Below, one piece after another: positions 50,905-63,200 of a DNA stretch of 64,000 bases (its first letter is position 1; the number at the start of each line of letters is the position of its first letter). The stretch comes from Dimorphilus gyrociliatus (Eukaryota > Animalia > Annelida), in NCBI GenBank assembly GCA_904063045.1, contig CAJFCJ010000004.1, forward strand, positions 2,287,713 through 2,351,712, read 5' to 3'. Below the pieces are notes generated by a model, which saw only the letters and a program-made list of their open reading frames with translations, made no database searches and was not told the DNA's origin. The position numbers and the translations under genes were made by a program.

Positions 50905-53900
50905 ATGGAAGTCGACGTACTGGAGGATGATTTTGACATGAATGAAAATACTCAAAGGACGAAAATTGGTCCAATCAAAAACCAGGTAAATCAATTAATT
51001 AAATAGGCAGTATTAGTATATAAAAACATATACTGTATGCATTTATTGTATATACAGTATAATTTTGTATACTTTATACGCAGTATAATAAAGAAATAAC
51101 TCTGAAAGTTTACTTCAATTCCTACATAAAAACAACTGCAAATAGTTTATAATAAAATATGAAAAAAAAAAGAAATTAGGCTAAGATTTAAATGAAAAAA
51201 CCATGTGAGTAATGCAACAGATGCTATTTAAAATGATTTTTGGTTAAAGTATCTATTATAATAAAAATATTAGGGTTTCCATATATTAGTTTTCAAATAA
51301 TTAACTAATTTCAATAATTATCAGTATGCCTCTTTAATAGCTTTTTACGTAGCCATTCATTTCCTTAAGATTAGTACAAGATTAGATATCTTCAAGTGAA
51401 GTTATTACCAATCACATATTTAACCCATTTGAATCGTTCCTTTCTACGTTTTAAACAAGCTGTTGCTGATATTTTGCAGTTTTCGATATTTTTTCAAAGT
51501 GGATCCTTCAATTTTCGTTTTTCGTTTTTTATATAATGAAACTACATTATATACTTATGATAACATTTGTAATTACTTAGAAGGAATCCCATGGCTTATA
51601 TTTAGCATATACTTTATTAAAATTATCTGGATACTTCACGAATTTCGAAGGTTAAAGGTAATACAATTTAATATAAGTGCCCTCAGGTTTGATTTTTTTC
51701 TTGATTGAATTTTCGTTCAATGCTTGAACGACGGGTGTCCTAATATCAAGGTGAAAAGGTTAAGGAATTCTTCATTTTTAAAACCCCGTTTTCCTCTTAT
51801 TTAAGGTGCTAATGTCCAAGTGACCTACATGTACCAACTGTAAATAGAACCTTGCAGGAGGTTTCTCATTATATTTTTCCATCTCGATATTTTGCCCAAG
51901 CACATCAAATAAAAAATTGCTTCATTTTCCGTAATAGAATGTAAATATTTCTACCGGAATAGGCTTAATAAATCTGATAAACAGGATAAATTACCAGACC
52001 TAAGCAGTTACAACTATTTTATATTTAGTACGAAAAGAGATGTATAATCGTGTAATAGAACTTGATTATTAGCTATTATTTTATATATATATATATATAT
52101 ATACAGTATTTACAGTATATACTGTATTAGGTGACAGTTCATTCTGTATATTTTTGATTAGTCATTTGATAAATGAATAAATTATAGTTTAAATAGCAGA
52201 AAGAGGATTAATTAATCAATAAAATAAAAATAAATATAATCAGACTGTGTCTCTGGATTAAAAAAAGAGAGGAATTATTGCTTTTTGTTATCATTTATTT
52301 TCTGGTACTTCCTGGCTATCTGCCTGTGTCTATCTTTTCATGTCTTTCTCTTTGCCAGTATACAGTATATATATATATATATACATATATTTGCTAATAT
52401 ATACAAAACAAAAAAGAGAAACTAGTGAATTATGTTTTATTTATATCAGCTTCAATTAATGGTTACGTTTTTATTTGTTATTCATGAATTACTTGATTAA
52501 TTCATTGTTTAATATATAAGAATTGAACTACTAATACTGTTTAGGCCTGGTAAATACCAAAAAAAAGACAACATACGAGATACTTTTTCGTTTATATTGT
52601 TTTTTTGTCATGCTTTATTTTAATTCTTTTAATATAATGTCTATTAATAAAGTTTTATGCTTTATCTTTAGCGATCGTCATCGATCTCGCCTGATCAACG
52701 GACTAAAGAACTCTTTTCACCTGAAGACGCTATTAACAACGACTTCTTCTACGACGACGAATTAGTCCTGAAGGAGAGCGTTTGTTCTGAATTCTCTGTC
52801 GATTTAAATAGGCCACTTTTCACGCCGAGAAGCAGCATTCATGAAGAGGTAATTTCCTTCATTACTTGCCAATTGTATCCGTCAACTGTAAACTTTTCAT
52901 AACATATAAATATATATATATATATATATATATTATAGATAATGGAAGAAACCAACGAAGAGGTCAACAGTTTTCATTTGGATATAGCTGCTTGCAACGA
53001 GCATAGATATTATCTTTCTTTTGCCCAAAATGTCCAGAAGCTCGAAACTTCAGATCCTCCTTCTTTAAGGTCTAGTACGGCAGATAGTATGCAGAATTGG
53101 GCTGGAAAAAGTTACGCTAATGAGGTAGCTAACGAAGCCACATGGCCGGAAATAATGAAAGCTTCCGATTGTTCGGGCAATAATAATACTAGACCGAAGG
53201 AGGAAAAAGTTTTAACTACTTGGAAAACCATTGGTAAACAACAAGAAGAGGCTACTAGAAGTAAATCTTTGGGTAAATTTTGCTTTTTATTCTATTTATA
53301 TTCTCTGAAACGTATATAGTTTCTTCCTATTTATTTCATTCATTATTATTTTTCTAAAGGTGATCTCAACGTTCAAAGAATAAAGCCGAGTTTAAATAAA
53401 ACTAAAAGCGTACAGGAACCGGAAAAAGGCGGTAAACGCCAGTCAGCCGAATCTCTTGTTGAAGCCTTCCAAAAAGTTCGCTATCAATTTCCAGATGTGG
53501 ATTTAGCCCAGATAGCTAATACAGCTTGGAGCATGACACCGTCTAGTTGCGATCTTCAATGGCCAAACGAGAAAAAGGACTTTGCTGTCCAAACAACCAC
53601 TAGACGAGCATTTAGCGCTTACGAACTTCCAGATTTAAATTTCCTTTACGAAGCACGTGAACCACCTGATTTAAGTTTTGCGGATGGCGAAAAATTACCT
53701 CCATTCCCTGATCTGGATTTATTAGATGAGATTCTGCAGAAAAATTTCAATGAGAACAAAAGTCCTAAAAAGAACGACACTAAATTTAAAAGCAAAATTC
53801 CAACTCCTAAGAGTACAAAAAGTAAAATACCAACTAGAACATCTTCGAAAGAACCGCTAAAGAAGACGGCCACCGTTAGTTCTAGTTCATCGGGAATAGG

Positions 53901-55604
53901 TTCTTCGGTGAGAAATGTTATATCTGACACAAGTACAAGCGATTCAGATGTTTGTGCTGGTAAAACTAAAAAACTATTGAGCCCTAAAAGGCGGGCGCAG
54001 AATAATATGAAGAAAATGGAGAATTTAGGCCTATCTCCTAATAAAGAGAAAGTCGAGAAGAGGGAAGGAAAGCGAAAAGCTAGACCAGCATCCGATCCGT
54101 GCTTGGGAGAAAAACTAGAAGAGGATATGAAAAGAGGAAGAAATCCAAGTGACGACGACGATAAAAATAGCAAAAAGAGTGTATCATTTAGCGAAAATAT
54201 CAGCTATTTATCACCACAAAGACGAAGAGGAAGTTGTCCTGGAAAAACAGATTTCCAAGCAGAAGGTAACAGTTTCTTTTTTCTATTGATTGTTTTTCAA
54301 ATACTAATTTGGTCTATTAACTTCACAGAATATCTTCAAGTTACAATAGAATCCTCAATAACGAGCCAAGAAGCCGAACTTATAGAGAAGAGAAAACTTC
54401 TCTTACGAGTTATCGATTCCGCAAATATAATTAAACGCCATTTGGCTGGTGCAAGGGATAGCGAACTGCAAGCCCGACTCGCAAATACAGCCGTTACACC
54501 TTTAGTTGGCCATCTTTTACTAGAGCATTTATGCCCAGCAATATGTAATCTTGTTCAAGATGGTCTAAGATCTAAAGCACCTTCCCTCTTCGGTTATATG
54601 AATAACAACATATGGAAATTTGTCGAGGATTCCGCAAATACTGGTTTGTTTTTTTAAGCAAACTTCCCTATTTTCGAGATTTTATCTACAATTTTTCTTT
54701 TCAGGTCCAACAACTCGGGTACTATATGAAGCAATCCAGGATTTGAATAGCCTCAGCTTCTTAACAACGCCAATAATGAAATTTAATGCCTTCATTTTCG
54801 CCCTTTTAAAGTAGATAATCTAAATAAGATGATTTTCAAAGAGAACTTTTATTAACTCTCTTATCCATTTTCTTTTTTCTCTTTTACAGTCACAAAGCCC
54901 TAGATTTTTGGTTATCACACGTTATAAGTGAAGAAAAGTTCCTTTCTCGACATCATCTACCAAATTCGAGTCTAAGATTAGCTTCCGGCCCTCACTTAGG
55001 ACCGCTGAGTTTGGATATGACAGACAGCCTTGTTCCCCTGTGTCATATTCAATGGCAATTACAGTATTCATTCGAATACGATCAAATGGAAAGGTCAGAA
55101 CAGCTTCGTCTCGCCGATAGTGTTCTGCTAAAGCATATGTCACGTGCACATGCCCACGAACACGCACAAAGAGCCCTTCAGAGTGAACATGCCCGTCTAG
55201 TCATGATGGATATCACAAAATCCAAGACTCTGGAACAAAGCCATTCTGATTCCGAGATGAGACAATCTACATCGTATTTGAAGAAAGCCGGAGAATTATT
55301 GTATAAACTTCTTCCACCAAAAACTGGTAAAGACCAAAAAATTGACATACAAGACGAGAGTATTGTGGAAAAAGTTCAAGACGCTTTAGAGGAACAAAAA
55401 CCGGAAACAGTTAAAACGAAGAAAAGACATAGTTGGAGTAGTTTAGCTCCAGCTTTAGTACAGCTTTTCGATAAATTACTAATAGACACTTCAAAACAAC
55501 CAGGAGAACCTTTACAGAACCGAATGACATCGTCGAGAAGTGAAAGTGATTTAAGGGGGAATTTTCCAGAAAGAATGTATAGAAGTCGTTCTGAACAGAT
55601 ATAG
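50905..55604 (+). CDS. RUSC-family RUN-domain protein (RUSC1/RUSC2-like), ~877 aa, no SH3 domain seen
   Basis: Exons 50905-50985, 52672-52848, 52939-53272, 53360-54265, 54329-54643, 54705-54810 and 54890-55604 splice in frame (2634 nt). RUN region VGHLLLEHLCPAICNLVQDGL...GPTTRVL...MKFNAFIFALLNHKALDFWLSH closely parallels RUSC2 [21 protein letters not shown]...GPSTKVL...[22 protein letters not shown] as I recall it. Confidence 0.85.
52083..52126. repeat. (TA)n microsatellite followed by three TACAGTA/TACTGTA units
   Basis: (TA)10 then TACAGTA at 52102 and 52111, and TACTGTA at 52120. Confidence 0.9.
52911..52932. repeat. (TA)11 microsatellite next to a 3' splice site
   Basis: (TA)11 then TTATAG acceptor of RUSC exon 3. 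Confidence 0.9.
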
Positions 55605-57319
55605 AGATACTAATATTAATAAAAATTAATAATTTCATTCCTTTCTTAAGTTGAAAGTATCATTCTATAATAAGAATAATAAAAGAATAAAAGAAAAGTG
55701 AAGAGATTCCACATTCTTGATTTATTTCAAAAGAAGAAAAGGAAGAAATCTCAATGAGAAAAATAGCTAAATTTCTAAAGAAAAAAACAAAAATCGGAGG
55801 AAATTTTGACGATAAAATAAAAAGGAAGAAGAAGATAAAGGAAAAGCAAAAGAAATTTTAATCTTTTTGGGATTCTTTTCCTTATTTTTCTTATTTTTTC
55901 CCTGTCTTTCTTTAAATCGTCTTTTCCACACTTTTCTTTATATATTCTGTTTTCTTTTTTATTGGGTTTTGCTATTACCTCTTGTGTTTTTAATTACGTT
56001 TTCTTTCGGATCGCAAACTCATAAACTGATTTATTCGTGTTAAAATTGTGTGAAATGAGAAAAACAAGAGAAATAAGAGAGAGAATTTTTCTGGAATTAA
56101 TCGTTTTATTTCTTTCGTAGTGAGTCAAAAATAATATGCACTGAATGTTGCGTATTGTTGTAAAAGTCAAGAGATAACAAACAGAAAATGAATTATTTTA
56201 AATAAAAACCATTTTAAACATTTAGATTTTGTGTTTTCAATTTATTTCCTTCAATGGCAATTGAGAATATTCAAGGAAACTTACTCTCTGATTCAAACAT
56301 TTCCACTCTTTTATGGTCATTTTTTTTATTATAGGTTGAGTAGGTTTTTTTGGTAGTTGTTGAATAAAAGAAGCTAATTTCTGTATACAATACATAAATT
56401 ATTCTGGCCTAAATAGTTTAGAATTGTGCTGAATAAGTTTAATAAGAGCATCAATATAGTTGACACGATAAAAATTGCCACTATTAAGTTACTATAGAGT
56501 GAGAAATAACGATATTTTTTAAGGATCAGCACAATTTCATATGTCTGAAAGCGTTTCTTTCAAACTACTTGTTTGAGGCTTCTTTGTGCTTTCTTCTCCC
56601 TCTTCCTGCGGCTTCTCTTCTTTCAGTAAATGTAAACTATATACTATACAATAATTCTCAACCATCAATATCTATATTAATCTCATGTCACGCAAGGAAA
56701 TAGCCGTATGCTCAATTGTTGTTCTACATAAATAAAATCGCCAAGATATCCTGTATTTCCGTATCAGTAAAATTTGCCCTGTCAGGAGCTATTTCATCAA
56801 CATCAAACAGTCTGAGGTTTTCTTAAGAGTCTTATTAATTCTAGTTCATTATTCACTTACTTGGTTAGTAGAGAGTATTGAATTTCTTTCGTTAACTTTC
56901 TCGGGTTTTTGAATGAATTCTTACAATAAAACACCTTTATCGCAGTCTTTATTGAAGTTTTAATAGTAATAATTAAAAGCAAAATATAATAAAATTTATA
57001 CTTATAAATAACACATCATTCTTTAGTAATGTCATCTTTTAAAAAAGTATTTCTTAAGGTATATCTAAACAAATCCTGAATATCTAATTTTCGTATTAGC
57101 TTATTCATTAATGAGGTATTTTATATGGAATATATACTATATATAGACATAATTATATATACTGTATATCTATGGATCAAAAAGATAATAGTAGAAAGAC
57201 ACGCAAGAAATTAAACTGTAAGCAGACTATAAATCATTAACAAATCAAGTGATTATAAATTAAAAATAGAAGCAATGTTTTCTGATTTGTGATACAGAAA
57301 TAGTTTTACTCTTATTGAC

Positions 57320-59081
57320 TTAATAGTAATAGTATTCATCTTCTGGATTACTTCTTCTGTAAGGCTCATTACGTGACGAATAGGACGATCTGTCGTTACT
57401 TTTATCATTTGACCTTGGTATACTATCTTGAGACTGTTCATAGGCAGAAATTAATATTTAAGGCTTTTATATCTGTAATTAAATTACCCGTTTGTGTTGT
57501 AGTTTTGGTCTTTGAAGATTAAGCTATTAACAATATGCAAATTAGAAAGAGTAATTAAATAAAGATCACTAATCAAGGATTCATTCCAGCTTACCTTTGA
57601 ACTTGTATCAATACTTTCTAATCCTGATGTAAACGTCGTAAAACTAGGATCTGACAATCTATCATTCTGATAGCCCTACAATGACAATTAAGTTACTAAA
57701 TAAAATTAAGCAGGAACTTTTTGCTTTCGGACCTGATTAAAAGTTCCAAGTCTGGGTGCAATGGCTTCTTCCAATTCTCTTAGAATGGGTTGAGCTTGAT
57801 TTGAAAGGTTATTTCCGTACAAATTATCAGTTGTAGTTTTCCTATAAAAACATAAAGAGAATTTTCTTGGTATTTGATCGATTATAGATTAAAATTTATA
57901 TATATATATATATATATACTATGTATATATATATACTGTGGAGGAGAAGCAGTCTCATTCAAATTTGTTGGCTTATTTCGAATTAAGCAAATGAGAGCAA
58001 TTATCAATGTAAGAATAATAGTACCACCAATACCACCTATCAAACCAAAGAATAATCCATAAGATACACAATTTGATGATATTTTTATATAGTTATCTTT
58101 GCATCTATCATAAGAACAAATTAATTAACGATTTAGGCATCGAATACTAATTTGTAAAATTTGCCTACCTAGATGGATCATTAATAGTTTTCTCTGTCGT
58201 CATCTCTGTAGACTCTCCAATTGTGGAATAAATAGATGATAATGTTGAAATTTCTTTATCGGTGGTCGATTCTAAACTACTAGTAGTTTGTATTGAAATA
58301 CTAGTAGTTGTTTCAGGAATTTTCTGACTGGAGGAGTATTCAGTTGTTGAAATTGAGTTTGATAAAGTTGACTGATTATTTACCATTTTATAATCTATAG
58401 AAAAAGTATACAAATGTAGTATGACAAGTTTAATTAAAATTGAATACTGTTGCTATATTTTTGTTTTTTTTAAAAAAAAACTTTGTATACCAAAAACTAA
58501 ATTACTAAATTGTAGAAGGTAATCTTTTTTCTCAACTTCTCTACCATGTTGAATATAGGCGCAGCTTACTGAATAATCAAGATTAGCAAAGCTACTAGTT
58601 TCTATCGATATGCTTGACCTATAGAAGAGAAAAATCATAAATATGGTATGAATAGAATTTAACAAACTGTGTATTAATATAAATTTATTAAAACTTATTA
58701 TTACGTCAGATTAAAGGGAAAATATAGTATTTCTATTCCATCCGAACCGTTCTTATTGGAAGTAACAGAACCAATTTCTCGTTCATTTATATACCACGAA
58801 TATTTCGATAATATATTCGAATTATTGTAAAAATTGCATTGCAGTTTTACTTTATCAACATCGTATTTCTCAAGAATCAAATCTTCAATCAGCACTGAAT
58901 TTGATAATTCACCACCTACACATTATTCAAATAGTTATTGTTAGATTAAAAATAGATACTATATTTTAAAAGAATTATAAATATTTAACTAGTTGTTACC
59001 GTTAGAAAGTGAAGAAATCGTAAGGAATTTAAGAGAAAGTATTGAAAATAGATGAAAACTAAATTGAAAAAAAGCCTTCAT
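57320..59081 (-). CDS. Single-pass membrane protein: signal peptide, Ig-like domain, Ser/Thr-rich mucin-like stalk, TM, cytoplasmic tail (367 aa)
   Basis: Exons 59081-59000, 58915-58705, 58618-58506, 58394-58169, 58104-57937, 57841-57733, 57675-57595 and 57433-57320 splice in frame (1104 nt). Ig-type C...YSWYIN...YSVSC; TM LFFGLIGGIGGTIILTLIIALICLI. Confidence 0.75.
57897..57935. repeat. Interrupted (TA)n microsatellite abutting a 5' splice site
   Basis: On the minus strand the donor GT at 57936-57935 runs straight into the TA repeat. Confidence 0.85.
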
Positions 59082-60242
59082 GCTTCTGAATCATAAGAGA
59101 AATGATACGAATCCTAGAAGCTTATGTTTATTGCGGTAGCCATTTTTTTTGTATGCTTATAAAACAATAATAAATTTTAGTCATAAACATTTTTGCTATA
59201 GATAATTAAGTTAAAGCATTCTATATTACTTTGATTATATAACAATGATACTTTACGCATATATAGATCCTTGAAAGAGAGGGAGAGAGGCGCACACTCA
59301 CAAAGGGAGAGAGAGACACTCTACCAGATAATCTATTTGATAAATTATATTAAAAATGGGAAATTCGATAAAATCAATTCTCTCTCTTTCTCTCTCTTTC
59401 TGTATGAATAATATTTTTGGTAATAAATTACGTTTATAGATTTTTTTAACTACGTTTTGTATTCTTATCATATTATCACAATTGATAAGAAATTTTGAAA
59501 ACTATAATTTTTATATAGGTGTACGTGATCTAGTTTCTATCAATATAATAATTATATACTTGATAGGTAGTATATTCTGTTCAAGATAAAAAATAAGTGC
59601 ACACGATTCAAACCATAACTGTTTTTAAATTACAGGCATTTTTTTAATACCTTAATACAGTTTTAAAACGAAAGTACATAATCTGTTCATTTCTGAGTGA
59701 ATAATTCTGTTTCTCTTTCCTTAATCTTTTTTATCTTCTGGGCTTGAATACGATTTTTTATATAAAATGTATAAAAAATAGATTTTGAGGTAATAAAACT
59801 ATTAATATTCTCATAGAGGAGGAAGTAAAATAGGTATATTTTGTCATGTTAAATATATACAACTATGCACTTGCATATAACTATAAATAGAGTATATTTG
59901 TATAAATATAGTATATACAGCATTATATATTTATATATTTAACCCATAAGTACAAATTCTTTAAATTGTTTAGATTAGTATCCTAAGTATAGTGAGTAAT
60001 GATATCCAATAAATGAATCTATTTATTCAGCATTTTTGACGTCAAATCAAAAAGAAAAGTTAAAAAAGAAATATTAATAATAATTGTATTTGTATGAAAT
60101 TTTTCCAAATATAAATAGAAAAGATGTTAAACGATTTCTTCCAAGATCTATCTGATAATTCGTTTAAACTCTATTAACAATTTTATCATAGATTTAATAC
60201 GATAAAATAAAGAATTATCTTTAATCGAATAGTTTAGACTCT

Positions 60243-63200
60243 TTAATTATTCCAATCTTTGCTGTATCTCTGTCTTGATATATTTCTACCACTTCCAGTT
60301 CTTATTGGTCTTCTTTCAAGAGATTTGGGAGACGACTGAAAAGATAAATATATATATGTATATATGTAATATGTTTTAAATTGTAATTATCTATCGATTT
60401 ACATCGTATCTGGGTCTTATTTGAGGTCTAGCTATGCCCGATTGCTATAAAAAATAAAAGAAAACAGAAGAGTAAATTAAATTTTGATTTAATATCCAAT
60501 GATTTAACTCCTATTAACTTACTCTACTACTGACGTATTCGTCTAGTCCTATCCAACTATCGCTGTCATCATCTTTTCTCTTATCCGGGGTAAAACCCTT
60601 CGAGTGCAAAGGAAATTTGTTTAAGAGTATAAACTAATATTAAAAGTATCAATTAACCTTATTTGTTCGTCCTTCGTTAAGATCATCTCTATTTCGGTTT
60701 GATGGTTCTCCAGTGTAAACCTAAATTTTTCGTTGGTAAATAATACAACTAGAAACTAATGAAAATTGTTTAGAAAACTTACCCTTTCCAAGCTATCTTG
60801 ACGTCTACCTCTTCCTCTATCATCTATTTCGTCATAGTCTCTTTTATCATATCTATCAGCCTGAGAATAGTTTAACAATACGTAACTTTCGTTCTTTCTT
60901 TTATAAGATTTTAAATACAAACTCTTCTTCTATCCAACTCGCCCTGCCTTCTTCTCTCTTCTAATGGTATTGGTACAATTGGATACTATTTTAAAGAGAA
61001 GAATATTATAAAATTTTAATAAAATAATATGTTTATAATAAGAAATTTTCTTATTTTTACAACCAAAATAGGAGTTTCCTTCCTTTTGTTTTCGTCTTCA
61101 TTGTCACCACCAAAATCATCATATCTCTTACTTCTAGGTACCTCCTACAAAATAAAACAATAAGAATATACGTATCGTATTATTTCTTTTGCAAAGCATA
61201 TACTGTACAAATACAGTTTATACTAAGCAGAAACAAAAAAGTAATATCATATTTACTTCTGTTCGAGTCTCTTTAACCTCTTCTCTTCTCTTTTCTCTTA
61301 ACTTGATAATTAATTATTTTAAGGATATCAATCAAAATTGCTAACATTTTAATATAACATACCTTAGCTCCTGAAGTTTCTGGCTCTTCATTTTTTGGTT
61401 TAGCAACGGGCTCTTGCCTCCTTTAATTATGGAGTTCAGGGATTATTATATTACATAATTATATTGTAATAACTTACTGCCTAGTTTCACTTGATTCGAT
61501 ATTCTCGTAACTTTATTTTTTAATTTAAATCATAAATAGTCTTATTGAAATATTCTTGACAATTAAAAAAATTAATCTTCTAACCTTCTAATAATTTCTG
61601 GTTCTTTTCTCTTCTTTCTTACGCAAATAACAACTATAACAATAATCAATATAAGAAATATTGCTCCTAAACAACCTCCAAGTATTCCATAGAAAACAGC
61701 AGGTTTGACGCATTTACTGCCGACTTTTACGTAGGAAGTTATACATCTAAATGAATAATTATGCAATTGGATTAAATGAGTATCTAGTAATATTTTTGAA
61801 ATAACTTTAAAGAAAAGAACCAAATAAACAAACCCGCATTTAGCTTCTCTTTCACGAATATAACAGACTTGATTATTTTCGGTCTTACAGGCGTTATTTA
61901 AGCATAAATTTTCGCAAGTAACATTCGTTCCATAGTCAACGCATTTATCATAATTCTGATTACAAGTTTTGCTGATTTCGGCAATGGCACAGGAATTACT
62001 TTTCAATTGATTAATTTCTGATAGCGCTGAAATAAATATAATGCCATCATATACATAAGTATATGTATAAATTAAAAGGGTTTTTTTTCTTACATTGTTC
62101 AAGATTTTTTTTAATATCTTCTGAATTTGTTGGTTCTTTGCCTTCAACTTTTATTTTTGCTACTCCATTTATTATACCCTCTCTTTCTCTTTGAAAATTT
62201 TCAAAAAAATAAGAAGAATTTTGCTTCATGACATTTACTTTTGCTTTTATTGATACTGCAAAGTTCTTTCCTTGATTACTTTTTAGACTGAAATCGAACA
62301 ACTAACAGTTTTCTCAATCGTCAAAAACAAAAAATGTCTTACAATAAATTACGTGGACATTTTGGAGTATTAAAATAAAAATACTTTTTGAAATTTGTGA
62401 ATGTTTTAGTAACCTGAAAATAAATTAATTAATAGATCACATTTCTAAAAATTGTAATAACAAACTTCATTCTTCAAAAAATTTTCCTTCTCTAAATTGC
62501 ATGTTACGTCATAAACCATGTTCCAGCTAATGTCTTTTAAAAGGGTATCTAAAAATATTTTATACTTATACTGTTAATGAACTAGAACATATGTGCAACT
62601 AGAGATAAAAATTTAATAAATATGTAAAAAATACCAGGGCTAAGATCATCACCACCTATTTGTAACAAGAGAATTTTAATTATTACGTATAATAGAGATT
62701 ATTTTAATTTTATTACTGTTTTCATTAACTGCAAATACGTCAGTTTCACCTTGAAATTGAAAGAAATAAGATTTAGATTAGTTTAGGATAGATATAAGTA
62801 AAATATAATTTATATATATTTATCGGTCTATTGTACATACCTAGAGCAAATATATTAGCACTTCTTTCTTCAATTGGCGTTTGAGGATGATAAAAGTTAG
62901 GATATTTACAAGAAACTTTGTATTCTCCAATATGTAAATGAGAGATATCGACGTTTAAGGTTGATCTTAATTTTTACAAAAGAAGAAATTTTTAAAAGAA
63001 ACAAACTAATGGTAAAAAAGGCAAGGTATCTGTTTACCTTTTATTTAAGCTATTGAACTTAATATCATGGATATTATGTTTTGAATTTCTATTGACTTCT
63101 CCAATAAGTTCATCATTTAGAAACCATTTATAATTTGATATGTAATCATTGTCTACCCAATTAGAAAATTGACAGTGAAACGTTTGATGTTTAAGACTTT

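Noticed and set aside
5180-54173. Antisense/overlapping ORFs in the track (e.g. 5180-5434 -, 6606-6845 +, 9012-9248 +, 10693-10914 +, 20828-21202 -, 27795-28007 -, 40662-40868 +, 41475-41693 +, 53646-54173 -)
   Set aside because: They lie opposite well-supported exons, have no motifs or splice support, and are expected shadows of coding strands.
55753-55860. Lys-rich mini-ORF MRKIAKFLKKK... after the RUSC stop
   Set aside because: A-rich low-complexity 3' flank, 35 codons, no domain; not an SH3 exon.
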